32,000 nucleotides of DNA from Paramicrosporidium saccamoebae KSL3 (Eukaryota > Fungi > Cryptomycota), in assembly GCA_002794465.1 (NCBI GenBank), contig MTSL01000143.1, forward strand, positions 3,008-35,007, in the 5' to 3' direction. A model generated the notes under the pieces. That model saw only the letters and a list, made by a program, of their open reading frames with translations, did no database searches and was not told the DNA's origin. Positions 9,250-19,087 of this stretch are shown here, in pieces. The position numbers and the translations under genes were made by a program. Within the stretch, counting starts at the first letter, position 1. The number at the start of each line of letters is the position of its first letter.

Positions 9250-10872
9250 TTATTGTTGAAAATCAGTGGCAAAGTCATAGGCATCTTCAATTTCCATCAT
9301 GTCTGTTGGTTTGGCAGTGCGCTTTTGAGCAGCCTTCTTGGCTTGCTTCAGTTGCTTTTGCCGATTCCGGTTGGCCTGTGGATTGTTCTCTAATTCAGCC
9401 ACCGACATTTTGATCTCGTAGCCGTCATCCGAGGAAGACTTGCCCTTTGAGGTGCTAGCGGCCACCACAAGTTGTGGCGCTTCAGCAGCAACGTCCATTA
9501 CAATGGGCTGCAGACCAGCCAATTCTTCGGCAACATTGGCAAGTACAGTGTCCACTTCCATCTTGACAAGTGATTCCAAATCGAATTCTGGTGCCCAGCT
9601 ACCCACAATGACGGCATTATTGGCAGTGGACGGGATGGCGGGCGGCAAAGTGTAAAATGGAATCTTGCCCTGATTCCAGTCAATGAGGACTGATTTAGCA
9701 GCGGCATCCACGTTGGGGATCCCTCCCTTTTTAAGCTTCCCCTGTCTTCTGGCAATGTGGCACAAGAACTCGTTGGTGTCAGAGAATCTCGGAATGGCGT
9801 AAAGATACATGAGCTGTTCAGGAGCAGCACGCTTAAGGATCAACTCAATGGGGGCCACAGGATCTTCCAGTTGCTCAACTTTCAAACAATTACGGAGGAA
9901 CAGATGGGCAGTCTCACTGCTATCGGAGGGCGTCGCAAAGACAATACCTGGGCAATCCAACAGCTTAATGTTGCGATCAAGGTTGATTTCCTGAGTGACG
10001 GTTGTAACGCCGGGTGTAGCGCCCACCTTGCAAACCTTGGCTCGTTTAAGAGAATTAATCAGACTGCTCTTTCCCACATTAGGATATCCGACAACACCAA
10101 CGCGAATGGAGGTCTTGATATTTAAGCTTCGGCAATAGTTCTTCAGGAGCTGAATAAGCGTATCGGCTCCAAGACACTCGCTCGAGGTCAAGGCGCCGGC
10201 AATCTTCTCGCCAGCGGAAATGCTACCGAGGTTGGTGCGCTGTGTCTGGGTGGAGGCCTTGAAGGCAACAGCAGGATGTTCCCGACGCAGAACGGCAAGC
10301 CATTGTGCAACAATCTCTCTGGGGACCAAGTCAATCTTGTTCAGAACGAATACGATTCTCTTGCGGCCTCCTGTGGCGGCGACCATTTCTTCTACTGCCC
10401 GAACGCGGCATCCAAGCGGATCACGTGCATCCAAAACTGTCAAGATGACATCTGCATTATCAACAACCTGCTTAAACTCGCGATAGAAGGCTCTCTTGGA
10501 TGAATCATAGAATCGGCCGCTTTCTTCAGGTTTGGCAACGGCAGTGTGCTCTTGAGCCTGAACAGCCGCCCGTCTGGCCAGCGAGTTCAGGTCATTATTT
10601 GCAATGGCTATTTGACGCTGCATCTTTTCCTTTTCACGCTCTTCTTGCATTTTGCGGACAAACTCTTCCTTTCCAGGTAGCATAGACGGTATACCCGGAT
10701 CCTTCCGTCCCTTCTTGTGGCCCTTTGATTTTGCGTCTTTAGCAACCTTTCTGTTATGCTCGCGCATCTTCTTGTCAACTTTGGCACGATGGGCGCTGGT
10801 GAAGCGCTTACTTTTGACCTCTACATATCAGATACTGTGAAAAGACCTAATCTTACTTCTTCTCGGAGCCAT
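9250..10872 (-). CDS. NUG1: Nucleolar circularly permuted GTPase Nug1/GNL3 (about 528 aa), 2 exons
   Basis: Intron 10821-10856 (36 nt, GTAAGA...TGTAG) gives the basic N-terminus MAPRRKVKSKRF...KKMREHNRK. G motifs in G4-G1-G3 order: NKID, GYPNVGKSS, DCPG; also LDARDPLG. Confidence 0.92.
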
Positions 10873-10946
10873 TACAAGTTGACCGGGGTGGCGGCCGTAA
10901 GAGTCGTATTCTTTTGACCAGCCCCCATAAATCTTGAATTTATATA

Positions 10947-11438
10947 TTACACTGTCCATAACTTTAGACGAAAAGCATCGGATCCGTTTAGGTAGTAGTT
11001 TGGCAAGCGCTTCTCGCGAATAAAGCCCAGCTTGGCATATAACTTTAGTGCCGTCAGATTTGTGACTTCTGTCTCCAAGACAATCTCATCGGAGCCCTCT
11101 TTGATCATAATTTCGACCAACTGTCCCACGAGACAGATGCCAATCCCGTGGCCTCGACATTGACCCAGAACTGCTAGCATTCCGATATAGCCACGTCGTG
11201 CCGTGCCGTGAAAGCCCACTTTTCCAATTATTACTCCAACAAGCTCGTCTCTTCGCCAGGCCTAAGGTATAAATTATATGCAGGTGTATACGGTCCTGCA
11301 TAAATGCGGGTGGTCACGCAGAAAATAATGATACGTAAAGACTGAATACGGTTCGGACAAGTCCTTTTCGATGAGCTGGCAGATGGGTTCTAGGTCTTTT
11401 TCTTCAAATCCTCTATATGTCACGGTCTCGCCATCCAT
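10947..11438 (-). CDS. MAK3: NatC catalytic N-acetyltransferase Naa30/Mak3 (about 153 aa), 2 exons
   Basis: Intron 11262-11291 (30 nt). DLSEPYSVFTYHYF, RGYIGMLAV..RGHGIG and EIVLETEVTN..ALKLY.KLGF.REKRL..YYLNGSDAFRL match Mak3. Confidence 0.9.
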
Positions 11439-11500
11439 GCAGCTAGGGTCTGTGAAAGGACTATGCAAGTGGTAGTTGAGAGGATATGAAGTGTTACCGA

Positions 11501-11540
11501 GTACATGTGGGAGAGTGGATTAATTAGCTGGGTATCAGAA
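11501..11540 (+). repeat. Short repeat family B, dispersed copy
   Basis: TACATGTGGGAGAGTGGATTAATTAGCTGGGTAT versus TACATGCGTGATAGAGTAGATCAATTAGCCGTGT at about 8242. Confidence 0.5.
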
Positions 11541-11737
11541 GACAGTGAGATGTGTATCCGTACTATTTCAAGATTACTAGTACACTATATTAGCAGTGGC
11601 TAACTTCTCTTCCCATCTCCTTCCGCCTGACTTGGTCCGTGGCGTTTCCCTCTCCCCCACAATACGCAACAATACGTCGTACTGAATCCCGGGAACGAAT
11701 CATTCGCTGAAAATGGATCATCACATAATTTATTTAC

Positions 11738-12331
11738 CTAGAATGAATCATCATCACGAGCTATGAAAAAGTAATAATACAGCATCATAGTTGTAAAGAG
11801 GAGGATTACTCCACTGACCGCCATAATTGCAGATTGCCAAGGAATCTAGACATAAGAGTGCTCCAAGGACAAACCTTTCCGGTATATCGAAGAAAGAATG
11901 GGACAATCAACGCGCTGGAGCCAATGACTGAGGTGACAAAGTGGGAAGCTTCCAAAGCCGATCTGTAAAATGAAAACATTGGCAAGAGAGAGGGTACTGA
12001 GAGGGGCCCATGGAAAGCGGTCCACCCGACATGGAAGAGACCATTATTCTTGGCAGTGGGGCTATCAGGAATGGCACTAATAATATCAGTCATTGCTGGT
12101 TTAATTCATACAGACCAGTAGCGAAGCGTATGTCCTAAGTAATTAAATGCCACCACAGCGGTAATACTTGCATAATACCCAGGATAGGATAATCAAAACA
12201 AGCCCTCCCACGGCAATGAGCGGGAGAACGAGAAACATAGCTCTGTGAATATTAGTCAGTGCACAGCAAATTATACTCTAGAATATGAGGCCTGACAAAG
12301 GTAAAGGGTTACTTTTCTTGGAGTCTGACAT
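11738..12331 (-). CDS. VPS55: Vps55/LEPROT-family four-TM protein (130 aa), 7 exons including a 1-nt exon
   Basis: Absent from the ORF track; rebuilt by hand. Exons 12331-12313, 12277, 12242-12168, 12134-12112, 12076-11998, 11962-11875, 11845-11738 total 393 nt. Protein: MSDSKKKAMFLVLPLIAVGGLVLIILSWVLCKTYASLLVLPFLIAPLP...ASHFVTSVIGSSALIVPFFL..GKIPWQSAIMAVSGVILLFTT...RDDDSF*, matching the Vps55 pattern. Confidence 0.8.
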
Positions 12332-12580
12332 CGTCAACACAGTGCCTCGACGCCCGGCGTCTTAGTAGGTTTTAATCGATTGGACACCATGGTGTTCGGC
12401 CAATAAGATTGGTTGATTCTCGCTTTTACTGAACCACCATTCATGTTTCCAGTGGTATTATTACTAATAAAATGCATGGTAACATAGAAATTCTACTTTA
12501 GAAATTACAAAGTGGCGCCAAGCAGGAAAAGTGGCCAGGATCACCACCTTGGCGGCAAATGTGCCGGGCCACCACCCATC

Positions 12581-13878
12581 ATGACCGTGATTGCCAACCT
12601 CCGTCGCTTTTTCCTTGGCTTTGACCAGTTTCCAATTCCCCCGAAGAGGCTGATAAACTTGAGAAAGTACAAGTATCATGGCGCTGACTTGTCATTATTG
12701 TCCAAATATCTGCTTGGGCCATACTGGAGCGCACTGGTCAAACTGTTTCCTCTTTGGGTGGCGTACTAGTCTTGAAATGAGGCTGATTTTCTAGTCCCAA
12801 TGTGATTACTCTGATCGGACTTGTGCTGGTGTTCACCAGTTGCGTCCTGGTGCTTTCTTATTCACCAGACATGACAGCCGTGCTGCCCTCCTGGCTCTAT
12901 TGTTAGTATCACACCAGAACTCACACTAACTGCTAGTATTGCCTTTACCCTCTTTGCATACCAATCCCTCGATGCCATCGATGGAAAGCAGGCTCGTCGC
13001 ACTGGCATGTCGGGGCCGTTGGGCGAATTCTTTGACCATGGTAAAGCGCCTCAGTGGTTGATAGACTTTAGGATGCGATGCTGTCAACATGATGCTGATG
13101 GGATTCATTGCGCCCTCCATGTTCCGACTAGAGCCCAACTGGATCGCCATTTCTCTCCTCTCCTCCGCATTCCTTACCTTTTACGTTGCAACTTGGGAGG
13201 AGTATACTACGGGCTGCTTGTACTTGGGCTACATTTCCGGGCCCGTTGAGGGCACCTTGATTGTCATAGGACTATGCCTCCTCGGTGCTTATTATGGCGG
13301 ATCGATTTGGATGGAACGTTTGACTCTTCCTTGGAACATTTCGGTCAAGTATAACGATCTGGTTGGCTATTCGACAATATTCTTTGCAGTCATCACCATT
13401 GGTGGCAGGTATCGACGGGCTTCTGTTTCTCATTGTCCATAGCCTGCTGAACGTCTACAAAAAGTCCGGATTGAAGCCAATTTTGAATCTGATTCCGTTT
13501 TCACTGGTTGCCGCTCTGGCAGTTACCGTATACGCTTTGAACCCAGAATTGTCAAAATTCCCCAATTTCGTCCTGTATTTTTTGATATGGGGCTTTGGCT
13601 TTGCCTGTGCAGTTGCACAAATCATCGTAGCCCATGTGTCCAAGGGTCCATTTCCATTTTGGACTCCAGCCTTTCTCCCGTTGATTCTAACAGCATTAAG
13701 GTTTGTGTCCCTCAAATATGCTCTCCTCCCGTCCCATGGTTCAACCACTGCATTCCTCTCGGTGGGACTAGCATATTGCATCTTGGTTTATATTCGTCTT
13801 GTTGTTGGAATAATCAATCAAATTTGCGAATACCTCAAGATTTCTTGCTTCCGCGTGACCCCGAAAAGGGGTGAATAA
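12581..13878 (+). CDS. EPT1: Choline/ethanolamine phosphotransferase (CDP-alcohol phosphatidyltransferase, about 389 aa), 5 exons
   Basis: Introns 12763-12794, 12906-12936, 13041-13071, 13409-13442 (32, 31, 31, 34 nt). Motifs YKY...SLLSKY, WVAPNVITL and [28 protein letters not shown]1 versus CPT1 cannot be resolved; start could be further upstream. Confidence 0.9.
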
Positions 13879-14076
13879 ATGGTGCCTATTGTTTTGAAGA
13901 ACGGTCTCATTGGCCCTCCCTTCGGTCCCTGGTTGGTCGGCTAATCACCACAGTGGACGTGGTGCCTCCTTTCGAAACGCTTCAAGGCCTCCATTTGGTG
14001 CCCGAGGTCCAGTTTGCTCAGACACGACACCATTATTATTCCCTGACGAGACTACAAACGCAAGAAAACCCTTACT

Positions 14077-15208
14077 ATGGATGCCGCCACTCCATCCAGC
14101 ACCAAACCTGCCAATCCGTTCAACACTCCGCGAGCCGTCAAAATAGCCCACAAGTACATTGTCATGGAGAAGATTGGCTCTGGTGCTTTTGGAGATATCT
14201 ACTCTGGTAAGACGTGCTAGGAATGTTCTGATAGCATTAGGCTACAACTCGCTGACAGACCAGCACGTTGCCGTAAAAGTAGAGTCACGGAGAAGCCCAC
14301 ACCCCCAATTGGACTATGAGGCAAAAGTTTACAAGTGTCTAGAGGGCACTCCGGGTATTCCCCGAATGCATTACTTTGGGGTGGTGGGGGAATATAATAC
14401 AATGGTAATGGACCTGATGGGTCCCAGCTTAGAGGACCTCTTCAATTATTGCAATCGGAAATTTTCTCTAAAGACTGTGCTCATGTTGGCAGACCAGATG
14501 TTGCAGCGGATTGAATATGTCCACTACAAGCATTTTCTGCACCGAGACATAAAACCGGACAACTTTGTCGTGGGAACTGCCGAGCATGCCAGGCATGTAT
14601 ACTTGATTGACTTTGGTCTTGCCAAACGGTACCGCGACCCCAGGACGCTCTTCCACATTCCGTACAGCGAGAAGAAGAGTCTGACGGGCACCGCCCGCTA
14701 TGCCAGTCTGCACACACATTTGGGAATTGCCCAAAGTCGACGAGACGACCTCGAGTCTTGCGGCTATGTGCTAATGTATTTTCTGCGGGGATCGCTTCCA
14801 TGGCAGGGTTTGCGGGCAGTCAACAAGGAGGACAAGTATGCCAAGATTCTGATTAAGAAGAGAACCACCACCATTGAGACCCTCTGTCGCGGATTTCCCC
14901 TTGAATTCCAGCTGTACTTTAACTATGTCCGGTCCCTTCAATTCGACGAACGTCCCGACTACTCCTATCTGCGAAAGATACTCCGCAACGTGTTCATCCG
15001 GGAGAACTATCGGAGCGATGACATGTATGACTGGGTGATTAAGAGGATGGAGACGGAGCGAAGTGTGCAGGCCGCGGTTGTGGGCGGGAATGCTGCTGTA
15101 GGTGGAACGGCAGCCATAAGTGGGGCTCCCCAATTCCCGTCGGTTCCCAAAGCTTTTCCGCAAAATGCACCACAAGGTGGAGATGGATTTCCGTCCATGC
15201 GGTTGTAG
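14077..15208 (+). CDS. HRR25: Casein kinase 1 (Hrr25/CK1 delta-epsilon-like, about 365 aa), 2 exons
   Basis: Intron 14207-14240 (34 nt, GTAAGA...ATTAG) follows [39 protein letters not shown] and SRRDDLES are CK1 signatures. Confidence 0.93.
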
Positions 15209-15405
15209 CGCAGCGTCTTCTTTATTTGTCGGTTACCTTGTACATGTATTATAGTATCCATCGTACAATAATAACCCAAGATTATTATCAGTAAACAAGG
15301 GGAGACTATCTTGGTGTTGTGTGGTAGGTTGGTGGGGTGGTAGGGTGGGAGTATTACCACGATGATTATAAGGTCTAAATAAAGACCTTGGTGATGAAAA
15401 AATTA

Positions 15406-15520
15406 GTCTGTTAAAGGATGCGGCGTCTTTACAGATCGATATCCTACCCTCAACACACCGGATTGTGGGATCGCATTTCGATCTCACCAATAACAACCAG
15501 GTGCTATTTAACAGACCCCT
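15406..15520 (+). repeat. Family A, copy 5, with a 10-bp terminal inverted repeat
   Basis: Closely matches copy 4 (CGGATTGTG.GAT.GCAT...CG.TCTCACCAATAAC). GTCTGTTAAA at 15406-15415 pairs with TTTAACAGAC at 15507-15516. Confidence 0.82.
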
Positions 15521-15764
15521 TATCCGAATCTCTGGCCCATAGCTATACCATCTCACAGCGTCAATCGGACGACAGGGAACTGTTTATTGCCAGCTGATAT
15601 GGACTCGCCGGTACGCTATCAATATGTCCAAACGTTGAAGAGTCAACATGTCCAAACATTCGAAAGTCTATATTCCATATTCTCCAGCACCCTGCACCCT
15701 GCGCTCAGCTAAACCTTCCAATACTTCACAATAGCACACTAGGCTAGACTCGATTAATCTAAAG

Positions 15765-18536
15765 TTACCACAATGGATCAATGACGGCCGGCCACCGGCC
15801 CTGGCGACGGCATTCCCAGTATTCTGAGGGATCCTTGATGCGCCATGCGCCCTCGGGGTCCTCTTTTGTGGGCGGCTCAAATTTGAACCACATTGGTTCC
15901 CAGGTTTTTCCTTGCTGTTCTAGTAGGGTACGCGCTTCACGCTGGCGCTGTTCAATCTCTTGCTTAAGTATTTCGGCCTCTTCCAGCTGAGAATGTTCTA
16001 GTAAGCGTTGATCCGGTCGGAGACGGGAGTCTGTACGGGGGAGATGCGGTTGCAGCCAGTCGGGAAGATCATTAAGTCCGATGGCGAATTCGGAGAATCC
16101 AAAATATTCGACATGATCACTAGGCATCGGGGAAGCCTGCCAGATCAACAAATCATCGCCGTCGCCATTTTCCTTGCAAATCACAGAATCCCAGCGTCCC
16201 CGAAGAGAGATGGCTTCTTTCTGCGATTCTGGTCCATTCTTTGATGGAGTGATGGTGGCAAGGACTTCGTTGGTGATTGTCGTATTGCTGCTGAAGAATC
16301 CCGAAGAGTTGGGCTTGAAGGAAATCTTGGCCAAATCTCCTGTACGCAGATTCCTCATGGTCATTTCGCCATAATGTTCAACCCACTTGTTGCCCATAAA
16401 AATATTCCGTACACAGGTCACTACCTTTTTCCAAACAAAATGGTCACCTGTGTCGGGAAAGTACACATGGACGCTTCCCAGCGGAGTGTACTCCATCGAC
16501 TTTCCCCAAAACTTGTCCTTTATCCGCTGGTCCTGCCAGAAGGACCATTTTTCGGACTGCGCATGCATGGCCATGATCAAGGGACGATGGCTGACCTTTT
16601 CTGCAATAAACCGATATCCTTTGTCTACCCGCTCATACTCAAAAGTTTCGCCTAAAATGGGAGTAAATGGCTTCCTCTCCACCCGATGTATCGTATTGGC
16701 ATAGCCAGAGACTGCAAATGCCGCAACCAGCACCATGCGATCGAGCGAGGATGGACATTTGGCTGCTGCATCAAGAAGGTCACTATATTCCAGCTCTTCA
16801 CATAGACGCTGCAAAGCGCTCAGAGGCTCGTTCAATGCAACTGGCATGGGAATGGAAGACCAATCTTTTCCAATGTTCTTGCGCAGAATGCTGGAAACGC
16901 TAATATTGCACGGAGGAGCAAGCTGAGGCATCCGCCGTCTAAATTCCCGAATCTCCGCCGACGGCACTAGTCCGAGGTCCATGTGGGACATGGATGGAGG
17001 AATCGGTTCACCATAATCAGACTTTACTTCGTACGTATCCGCACTGAACGACTCACGAGAACCGAAAAAATCCATCTCATCCTCCTCGGATACGTCGGTG
17101 ATGATAATTTCTTCGGCATCGAAAAACTCGTCTACCGAACCCGCCCGGTATTCGGACTGTGCCCCAGCAGAGACAATGTATCCGTGACCATTGGAAATCT
17201 GGCTCATACGACGGCCGGTTCGTTGTAAAAATATGGCGTATTCCGACAGAGACTCGTACAAGTCGTGTAAGGAATGAAACGTCTCCTCCAAGGGAGCCAA
17301 GAATTTCATCGTGCCGTCATCTTCCTTTGCTGCTAATTCTCGCAGATCGCCCAGGAGACGCTCGCTTTTCTGGAGGTTGATGGAGAGCCGTTCTGAAAAT
17401 GTAGCTATGCTCGGCCCTGGGTGTGCAGGCATTTCGGGCAAGTTTCCAGCCAGGTTCAGTCCGTCAATTGCAGACTGCAGTCGGATCATATTAAAATGCT
17501 CTGACCATTTTCCATAATCCTCAGCATTCAATGCCCGCAAATGATATGTGTCGCTGCCCGAATCAAGGGTCATCATTAACCTTTGGGGAGTCTTTGTTAC
17601 GGTGCAATGATGAATATCCATCGATCCACGACACGGACTAAATCGATCTTCATAGTAGGACAGAATGCCATTCCGGTCTAGCTGGAACCATCGACGTCCC
17701 CATCCTTGAAGTCTCCGCTGCTTCTTTTTAAGGAGCCAGCCGCTGAATGCCTCCTGAGAGATGGGAATGGTTGGCCCAACAGTTACGGTCAGGAAAAGCT
17801 CCTTGCTTGTGCTGACTGAATACGAATTGTCAAAGAATAAGACGTAATCGCCCGCAATCGGAGCCGCATAGTGTCCCACAATTGTGCTATCGCACGACTC
17901 GTATCTCTCCACCGGCAAGATTTCCAAATATTCGGTCGCATGAGTGACCGCCATGGAGGATGGTGCATAGACTCTCAGATTGGGAAGACTTGTATTTTGT
18001 CTCATGATAGTTTCCAGTCCTTCGGGGCGGGAATCTACTGTTTTAGCCCTCAAGAGGACTACTCCCTCACTGGAAGATGCGTCATCCGTATTAGGCTGGA
18101 TGCTGTTGGCACGAGAGGCCGGAACGCTGGTACTACCATGTCCAGGCTTTGGGCTCGCTGACGGTTCAATAACTAGGTTTCCGCGACTATTGACGATGGC
18201 TTCGCGTACAGCATGGGGAGCAGTAGGCACGTCTGGCAGCGAATGGCTAGTTCTAGGAACAACGTCATTGGAGAGCACTTCATTAGGGAGCGCCTCGTTT
18301 GAGACACTTGTACTATTTTGCAGTCTTCGGGGTGTCTCTGGAGGGGACTCACATCGGTTTTGGTGTACGTAAAATAGACCAAAGGCAATGTTTTTCCTCC
18401 TAGTAAAAAATGACCACGAGATGATATCGCCAGCCTGCTCCACCGATACATGGTGCTGGTAGTTGTCGCGAGGCCGAATTTCTACATGAGCAGGCTTGGT
18501 TAGAACCGAGCAGTTGGGTCTGGTCTCGTCTGACAT
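15765..18536 (-). CDS. OSH3: Oxysterol-binding protein homolog, Osh3-type (GOLD + PH + FFAT + OSBP domain)
   Basis: GOLD-like strands (ISWSFFTRRKNIAFGLF; GDYVLFFDNSYS), PH domain (GWLLKK...GWGRRWFQL), FFAT motif EFFDAEE, and OSBP domain (MPVALNEPLSALQR, KPFTPILGETFE, EKVSHRP, DSRLRPD). Likely start MSDETR at 18536; the ORF extends to 18575. Confidence 0.92.
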   Translation of the reverse strand: MSDETRPNCSVLTKPAHVEIRPRDNYQHHVSVEQAGDIISWSFFTRRKNIAFGLFYVHQNRCESPPETPRRLQNSTSVSNEALPNEVLSNDVVPRTSHSLPDVPTAPHAVREAIVNSRGNLVIEPSASPKPGHGSTSVPASRANSIQPNTDDASSSEGVVLLRAKTVDSRPEGLETIMRQNTSLPNLRVYAPSSMAVTHATEYLEILPVERYESCDSTIVGHYAAPIAGDYVLFFDNSYSVSTSKELFLTVTVGPTIPISQEAFSGWLLKKKQRRLQGWGRRWFQLDRNGILSYYEDRFSPCRGSMDIHHCTVTKTPQRLMMTLDSGSDTYHLRALNAEDYGKWSEHFNMIRLQSAIDGLNLAGNLPEMPAHPGPSIATFSERLSINLQKSERLLGDLRELAAKEDDGTMKFLAPLEETFHSLHDLYESLSEYAIFLQRTGRRMSQISNGHGYIVSAGAQSEYRAGSVDEFFDAEEIIITDVSEEDEMDFFGSRESFSADTYEVKSDYGEPIPPSMSHMDLGLVPSAEIREFRRRMPQLAPPCNISVSSILRKNIGKDWSSIPMPVALNEPLSALQRLCEELEYSDLLDAAAKCPSSLDRMVLVAAFAVSGYANTIHRVERKPFTPILGETFEYERVDKGYRFIAEKVSHRPLIMAMHAQSEKWSFWQDQRIKDKFWGKSMEYTPLGSVHVYFPDTGDHFVWKKVVTCVRNIFMGNKWVEHYGEMTMRNLRTGDLAKISFKPNSSGFFSSNTTITNEVLATITPSKNGPESQKEAISLRGRWDSVICKENGDGDDLLIWQASPMPSDHVEYFGFSEFAIGLNDLPDWLQPHLPRTDSRLRPDQRLLEHSQLEEAEILKQEIEQRQREARTLLEQQGKTWEPMWFKFEPPTKEDPEGAWRIKDPSEYWECRRQGRWPAVIDPLW

Positions 18537-18659
18537 GCGCCAACTGCCGAGGCCAACCAGTACAACACTGTTCAATGATTGGACAGCAATATTAACACGG
18601 GTACGTATAAGGCATACTTATTCAGCGCCTCTCACACATACATGTTACAGTTTGCTTTA

Positions 18660-19004
18660 TTATTGGGAACTGGAAACGCGAGACAGGATATCGGGAGAGA
18701 GACGGTCACGGTGCTTCGTCACCCTGTTCAGTAGCTCACCAAGCTCCTATGGATAATCTTATGCATTGATTGCAAGGGTACCGTTCTACTCGCAACAACT
18801 GAATTATAAAGGTCTTCCAGCTGAGCTACGGCGGAATTTAAAGAGTCGAGTTCATCTCGGAGAGCAACAATCCTTGCACCCGGCCGCCCTCGCAAAAGAT
18901 TCTCAGTTCTTTGAGCCAATTGATCGGCTTCATTAATCTAACAAATGATCTCGACATGAAATGGGTTTAACCTCAGAGTATAGGTTTTGGATGGCGGCGT
19001 TCAT
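18660..19004 (-). CDS. Hypothetical 91-aa helical protein, 3 exons
   Basis: Two phase-0 GT-AG introns (18938-18971, 34 nt; 18747-18781, 35 nt) join ATG 19004 to TAA 18660 in one frame: MNAAIQNLYSEINEADQLAQRTENLLRGRPGARIVALRDELDSLNSAVAQLEDLYNSVVASRTELGELLNRVTKHRDRLSPDILSRVSSSQ. Family not recognised. Confidence 0.7.
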
Positions 19005-19087
19005 GCGGAACCCGCCTAACGAAAAGATAAATACCGTATTTCTTTTCCTCTTAATAAATGTCCACGGGTCACTGGAAGGGAAGCCCA

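Noticed and set aside
13880-14076. Possible ncRNA or small ORF in the EPT1-CK1 spacer (MVPIVLKNG..., 21 codons)
   Set aside because: No tRNA, snRNA or snoRNA hallmarks, and the ORF is too short to support without expression data.
15371-15520. Family A copy 5 as a box C/D snoRNA (GTGATGA at 15391-15397 plus terminal stem)
   Set aside because: The C-like box lies outside the terminal stem, there is no CTGA box D at the 3' end, and the other copies do not conserve it.
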